Of a stretch of DNA of 32,000 bases, positions 27,963 to 32,000 are shown piece by piece (position 1 is the first letter of the stretch; each line of letters starts with the position of its first letter). This stretch comes from Acidothermus cellulolyticus 11B (lineage in GTDB: Bacteria; Actinomycetota; Actinomycetes; Acidothermales; Acidothermaceae), in assembly GCF_000015025.1 (NCBI RefSeq), contig NC_008578.1, positions 2,400,001-2,432,000 on the forward strand, read 5' to 3'. Below the pieces are notes generated by a model. That model searched no databases, was not told the DNA's origin, and worked only from the letters and a program-made list of their open reading frames with translations. The position numbers and the translations under genes are program-made.

Positions 27963-29384
27963 GTGAGCAGCGTATCGACGCTCACCGCCGGTACGGTGCT
28001 TGCCGGCCGTTATCGGCTCGAGCGACCCCTCGACGTCGCGCCGTCGCATGGCGCAACAGCGTCTCACGCGGTCTGGTCGGCACGTGACGATCTCTTGGCC
28101 CGGCCGGTAGCCGTGCGGATTCACCGCACTGGCGAGTACGCCGGGCAGGCCTCCTTCGGCGACGTGCGCGGGGCGGCGCGGCTCGTTCATCCGGCGCTGT
28201 TACGCATCTACGACGCCGGAGAAGGCGATGACTTCGGGTATCTCGTCACGGAACTCCCCGCCGGGGAGACCCTCGAGGACCGGCTCCATGCCGGGCCGCT
28301 GGACCCTGCCGAGGCCGCGGCCCTGCTCCTCGTCCTCGCCGACGGCGTCGCTCGGGCGCACGCTGCTGGTTTCTGCCGATTCTCCATCACACCGCACACT
28401 GTCCGGTTGCTCCCGACCGGCCAGCCTCGGCTGGACAGCGTTCCGGTGGCTGAGACCGGAGATCCGACGGGGATAGCAGACGACGTACGGGCTCTGGGTT
28501 GGCTCGGCTACGCAGCAGCCACTGCCAAGTGGCCGGGCCCGCCGCGGCTCAGCAGCCTTCCACCGGCGCCTCGAGTCGAAGGGGCGCTGTGCACGGTCCG
28601 TCAGGTCCGCGGCGGCGTACCGCGGAACTTTGACGACATCATTTCCCGGTTGATCGGCCTGAGCGGCCCGCCGATCACATCAGCCGATGAACTGGCCACG
28701 CAGCTTGAGCAGCAGCAGAGGATCGAGGACGTCGAGGAGACGCGCGAATTCGCCCCGGTGCCTGCCGCGCAGCGCACGCGTTGGGTGCCGGGCCGGGGCC
28801 AGCGGTGGAGTCTCGCCGCGGCCCTGGTCCTGCTGATCGCCGGGCTGATCGGGTTGTTCCGCAACAACTCCGGCGGGTACCTGCAATTCCCGCACCACAC
28901 CGGACCGGCGCAACAGACCGTCCCGGCTCGGTCGCCAAGTCCTGCGCCGGTCGTCATCCATCCGGCGTCGATCGAGGAGTTCGATCCGTACGGCGACCAC
29001 ACGGATCCGCACGTCAAGGAAGCGCCCGCTGCGATTGACGGAGACCCCGAGACCGCCTGGCACACCCAGACGTTCTTCTCGCCGGCGTTCGGCAATATCA
29101 AGCCCGGGGTCGGACTTCTCGTTGACCTTGGCGCGTCGCGCCACGTCGCGACCATCGACGTGCGGATGCTGAACGCGGGAGCAACCGTCGCGCTGTACGC
29201 ATCCGACACCGCACCCCATACGGAACGCGACATGCAGCACATTGCGACCAGCGCGGATGCCGGCCTGACCGTTTCCTTCCGCCCAGACCAAGCGCACCGG
29301 TACTGGCTGCTCTGGCTCACCCGGCTGCCGCCGGCGCGGGGTGGTTACGCCAGCGGCATCAGCGAGATCACTTTCCGGTCGTGA
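27963..29384 (+). CDS. MviN-type pseudokinase, TM segment and extracellular discoidin/CBM-like domain
   Basis: Kinase-like fold (GRYRLERPL.., HPALLRIYDAGE.., YLVTELPAGETLEDRL) with degenerate catalytic motifs. TM segment LAAALVLLIAGLIGLF. C-terminal domain with IDGDPETAWHT. GTG 27963 follows GGAGGG; ATG 27912 is an alternative. Confidence 0.8.
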   Translation: MSSVSTLTAGTVLAGRYRLERPLDVAPSHGATASHAVWSARDDLLARPVAVRIHRTGEYAGQASFGDVRGAARLVHPALLRIYDAGEGDDFGYLVTELPAGETLEDRLHAGPLDPAEAAALLLVLADGVARAHAAGFCRFSITPHTVRLLPTGQPRLDSVPVAETGDPTGIADDVRALGWLGYAAATAKWPGPPRLSSLPPAPRVEGALCTVRQVRGGVPRNFDDIISRLIGLSGPPITSADELATQLEQQQRIEDVEETREFAPVPAAQRTRWVPGRGQRWSLAAALVLLIAGLIGLFRNNSGGYLQFPHHTGPAQQTVPARSPSPAPVVIHPASIEEFDPYGDHTDPHVKEAPAAIDGDPETAWHTQTFFSPAFGNIKPGVGLLVDLGASRHVATIDVRMLNAGATVALYASDTAPHTERDMQHIATSADAGLTVSFRPDQAHRYWLLWLTRLPPARGGYASGISEITFRS

Positions 29385-29437
29385 CGGCGTCGGTGGGCGA
29401 CAGCCGCGGCCCATCCGCCGGTCGTGACGGCGTCGGT
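29375..29437. repeat. 20-bp perfect direct repeat, first copy spanning the pseudokinase stop codon
   Basis: CCGGTCGTGACGGCGTCGGT at 29375-29394 and 29418-29437. Confidence 0.9.
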
Positions 29438-29552
29438 CGATACGCCGTCGCGCAGCGGCCACCGAATCGTGCCGCATCGCAAGCACCGCATAACACCGGC
29501 CCTGCAACAGCGAAAGGCTAAGGTGGCGATCGTGGCCGGCGAGCCTACCGAG

Positions 29553-30143
29553 ATGACGCAGGTCGATGATGCGACCTTGCTACGGCGTCACCTCGCCGGT
29601 GATCGGGATGCCTTTGCGCAGATCTTCCACCGGCACCGGGATCGGCTCTGGTCGGTCGCGCTGCGGACGCTCGGAAATCCGGCGGACGCCGCGGACGCCG
29701 TCCAGGACGCGATGCTCTCCGCGGTGCGGTCTGCGCCGTCCTTTCGCGGCGACGCGCAGGTCGGCACCTGGCTCTACCGGATCGTCGTCAACGCCTGCGT
29801 GAGCCGGCTCCGCCGTCCGGCCGCGCTGCCGCTCGACGAGGCACTCGGCACAGATTCGCCGGACCCTGCCGAGCGCGCAGCAGTCGCGGTCGATGTGCAG
29901 GACGCACTTGCGGCGCTCCCCGCCGAGCAACGGCTCGCCGTCGTCTTGGTGGATGTCGAGGGCCTTCCGGTTGCCGACGTTGCGGAGCTGCTCGGCGTAC
30001 CCGTCGGCACGATCAAGAGCCGCTGTTTTCGAGCCCGGGCCGCATTGGCTGTCGCGCTTGGACACCTGCGCGCAGGGAACCGGACAACCGGTGAAGACGT
30101 CCAACCGCCGACGGCGACTGAAGCGGAGGGGGATGTCACGTGA
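29553..30143 (+). CDS. sigM: ECF sigma factor (SigM-like by context)
   Basis: Region 2 (DAVQDAML, WLYRIVVNA) and region 4 (VADVAELLGVPVGTIKSR). The start is ATG 29553 or GTG 29523. The symbol is assigned from synteny only. Confidence 0.85.
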   Translation: MTQVDDATLLRRHLAGDRDAFAQIFHRHRDRLWSVALRTLGNPADAADAVQDAMLSAVRSAPSFRGDAQVGTWLYRIVVNACVSRLRRPAALPLDEALGTDSPDPAERAAVAVDVQDALAALPAEQRLAVVLVDVEGLPVADVAELLGVPVGTIKSRCFRARAALAVALGHLRAGNRTTGEDVQPPTATEAEGDVT

Positions 30144-30988
30144 CCGAGCATCCGGACGCCGCTACGTTAGCCGGCATCGCGGCTGGTGAGACGGCCGAGC
30201 TGCCGGACGTCGACGAACACCTCTCCGACTGTGCGGAGTGCCGGCAGACGGTGACGGAGCTGCAACGCATTCCACAATTGCTCCGCGCTCTCCAACCGGT
30301 ACCCATGCCCGCAGACATTGCTGAGCGCATTGACCAGGCGATCCGCCGTGACGATGAGAACCCGGTATCGATACTGCCCCGACGCCGGCGATTCGCCCGC
30401 ACGCCGGTGCTGGCAGCCGCCGGCGTGCTCATTTTGGCAGCCGTCGGCACGGTGGTGGCTCTCCGGCTTCAGTCAGATCATTCGAGACGCGCCTCCCCTG
30501 TGATGGAAGGATCAAGCCGGACCGTGATGATCGCCTCTGGCACCAACTACACCCCGGATCTCCTGCAGCACGAAATCGCGCGCGTGCTTGCCAACCGCCG
30601 ACCGGATCTGGCATCGGCGTTCCCGGCGGTGGCAAAGCTGGCGAGCGCCTCGCCGTCCTCGGCCTCCGGGACCCGCGCACAGCGAAGCACGTCCGGGAAC
30701 AACTCGACCTCGAGCTCGGCCGCTCAGCCGGTTCCGGCGGCGGCGCCTACCGCACCGGCCGGCCGATTAGCCAATGCCGCCAACCTGCAAGCGTGCGTGA
30801 CCGCGCTCGCGGGTCGCCCGGTGTCCCCGCTGCTGGCGGACTTCGCGCTCTTTGACGGCAATCCGGCAACCGTCATGGTGTTCGTCGACCCCGACGACCC
30901 CGGCGTCCTCGACGTCTATGTGGAACGCGAGGGAGCGGACTGCAGCCAGGATGTGACATTCTTCGCTCGGCTCACGGCTGGCGGATGA
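30140..30988 (+). CDS. Membrane anti-sigma factor, zinc-binding (ZAS-type)
   Basis: HLSDCAECR (H-x3-C-x2-C) motif and a single TM segment [23 protein letters not shown] overlap with the sigma gene stop. Confidence 0.85.
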   Translation: MTEHPDAATLAGIAAGETAELPDVDEHLSDCAECRQTVTELQRIPQLLRALQPVPMPADIAERIDQAIRRDDENPVSILPRRRRFARTPVLAAAGVLILAAVGTVVALRLQSDHSRRASPVMEGSSRTVMIASGTNYTPDLLQHEIARVLANRRPDLASAFPAVAKLASASPSSASGTRAQRSTSGNNSTSSSAAQPVPAAAPTAPAGRLANAANLQACVTALAGRPVSPLLADFALFDGNPATVMVFVDPDDPGVLDVYVEREGADCSQDVTFFARLTAGG

Positions 30989-30998
30989 TGGCGGATGC
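30979..30998. repeat. 10-bp tandem duplication across the anti-sigma stop codon
   Basis: TGGCGGATGA followed by TGGCGGATGC, 9/10 identical. The TGA is at 30986-30988. Confidence 0.8.
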
Positions 30999-31073
30999 CC
31001 GCCGGCGGGAATGCCGTACGCCTACGATCGGTTGTCGGATGCGACGCCATCAGCGGACCGAGGAGCAGCACGC

Positions 31074-32000
31074 GTGGCAAGTGAGTCCGACACCATTCGT
31101 TCCCTCATCATCATCGGATCGGGACCTGCGGGATACACCGCAGCGCTGTACGCCGCCCGGGCCAAATTGCAACCACTGGTCTTCGAAGGCTCGGTCGGTG
31201 CGGGCGGCGCGCTGATGACGACAACCGAGGTGGAGAACTTTCCCGGCTTTCCGGACGGCATCCAGGGACCGGATCTCATGGAGAGAATGCGGGCGCAGGC
31301 TGCGAAATTCGGTGCCGAGCTTGTCCCGCACGATGTCGTCGCCGTTGACCTCCGGGAACCGGTCAAGGTGGTCCGAACCGACGAGGGCGAGTACCGAAGC
31401 CGTGCACTGATCATCGCCACCGGCTCGAAGTATCGATACCTCGGACTGGCGAATGAACAGCGGTTGCTGGGTCGCGGAGTGTCCGCCTGTGCGACGTGCG
31501 ATGGATTCTTCTTCCGGGACCAAGACATCGCCGTCGTCGGGGGCGGCGACTCAGCGGCGGAAGAGGCACTTTTTCTCACCCGCTTCGCCCGCAGCGTCAC
31601 GCTGATTCACCGCCGTGACGCACTGCGGGCAAGCAAGATCATGCAGGATCGCGTCTTCGCCAACGACAAGATTCGTATCCGGTGGAATGCGCGGGTGATC
31701 GACGTCCTTGGCGACGACCGGGTCGAGGGCGTGTTGCTCGAGGACACCCGAACCGGCGACCAGGAAACCCTTCCCGTGACGGGTTTGTTCATCGCGATCG
31801 GCCATGAGCCGCGCAGCGAACTGTTCCGCGGCCAATTGGAGATCGACGCCGCCGGCTACATTCAGGTCGCCCATCCCACGACGCGCACCAGCGTCCCGGG
31901 TGTTTTCGCCTGCGGTGACGTGGTCGATTACATCTACCGGCAAGCGGTAACTGCCGCCGGAACGGGCTGCGCAGCGGCGATCGACGCCGAACGGTGGCTG
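31074..32000 (+). CDS. trxB: Thioredoxin reductase (3' end outside window)
   Basis: Not in the supplied track because it runs off the window edge. GTG 31074 follows GAGGAG with an 8-nt spacer. [13 protein letters not shown] motif, CATCDG redox centre and GGGDSAEEA NADPH motif. The frame is open to base 32000. Confidence 0.93.
   Translation, partial: MASESDTIRSLIIIGSGPAGYTAALYAARAKLQPLVFEGSVGAGGALMTTTEVENFPGFPDGIQGPDLMERMRAQAAKFGAELVPHDVVAVDLREPVKVVRTDEGEYRSRALIIATGSKYRYLGLANEQRLLGRGVSACATCDGFFFRDQDIAVVGGGDSAAEEALFLTRFARSVTLIHRRDALRASKIMQDRVFANDKIRIRWNARVIDVLGDDRVEGVLLEDTRTGDQETLPVTGLFIAIGHEPRSELFRGQLEIDAAGYIQVAHPTTRTSVPGVFACGDVVDYIYRQAVTAAGTGCAAAIDAERWL

Noticed and set aside
27549-28190. 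213-aa minus-strand ORF spanning the repeat array.
   Set aside because: It lies antisense to the 3' end of the NlpC/P60 gene and the 5' end of the pseudokinase gene. Its repeat-encoded peptide is an artefact of the tandem DNA repeat.
29424-29552. 43-codon N-terminal extension of the ECF sigma factor starting at GTG 29424.
   Set aside because: This GTG is created by the second copy of the 20-bp repeat. The extension is basic and low-complexity, and sigma region 2 homology fits a start at ATG 29553 or GTG 29523.

Overview
GC-rich window with strong G/C bias at third codon positions, from the chromosomal core of an Actinomycetota genome; I cannot name the species from sequence alone. I call 30 protein-coding genes, and almost all are recognisable housekeeping genes. 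In order they are: clpB (5' truncated), a PfkB sugar kinase, a class-I aminotransferase, an SDR, pyrE, dedA, fba, purA-purD-purB-purC, the rpsF-ssb-rpsR-rplI operon, an Rv0051-like membrane glycosyltransferase, ponA, an Rv0049-like zinc-ribbon protein, padR-ino1, the CCA-adding enzyme, an orphan 211-aa protein, an Rv3909-like exported protein, murJ, a small membrane protein with a coiled-coil NlpC/P60 hydrolase, an MviN-type pseudokinase, an ECF sigma/anti-sigma pair (sigM-like) and trxB (3' truncated). I see no rRNA, tRNA, CRISPR array, transposase, integrase or recognisable defence genes, so most of the window is ordinary conserved synteny. The least ordinary part is 25950-27962. There a translationally coupled membrane-protein/peptidoglycan-hydrolase pair sits between murJ and the pseudokinase gene, which form one fused polypeptide in M. 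tuberculosis MviN. This pair is bounded by two repeat-filled spacers, one carrying four helically phased TTTGAGAACG boxes. Other points worth a second look: an orphan gene with an A/T-rich, palindrome-bearing upstream region in the slot where mycobacteria carry Nudix mutT4; a well-formed padR promoter/operator; several short tandem duplications that copy gene 3' ends including the stop codon; and a few probable leaderless starts. None of this amounts to a demonstrated new system, and all functional links are inference. Many long ORFs in the supplied track are off-frame or antisense shadows typical of high-GC DNA and were not called.
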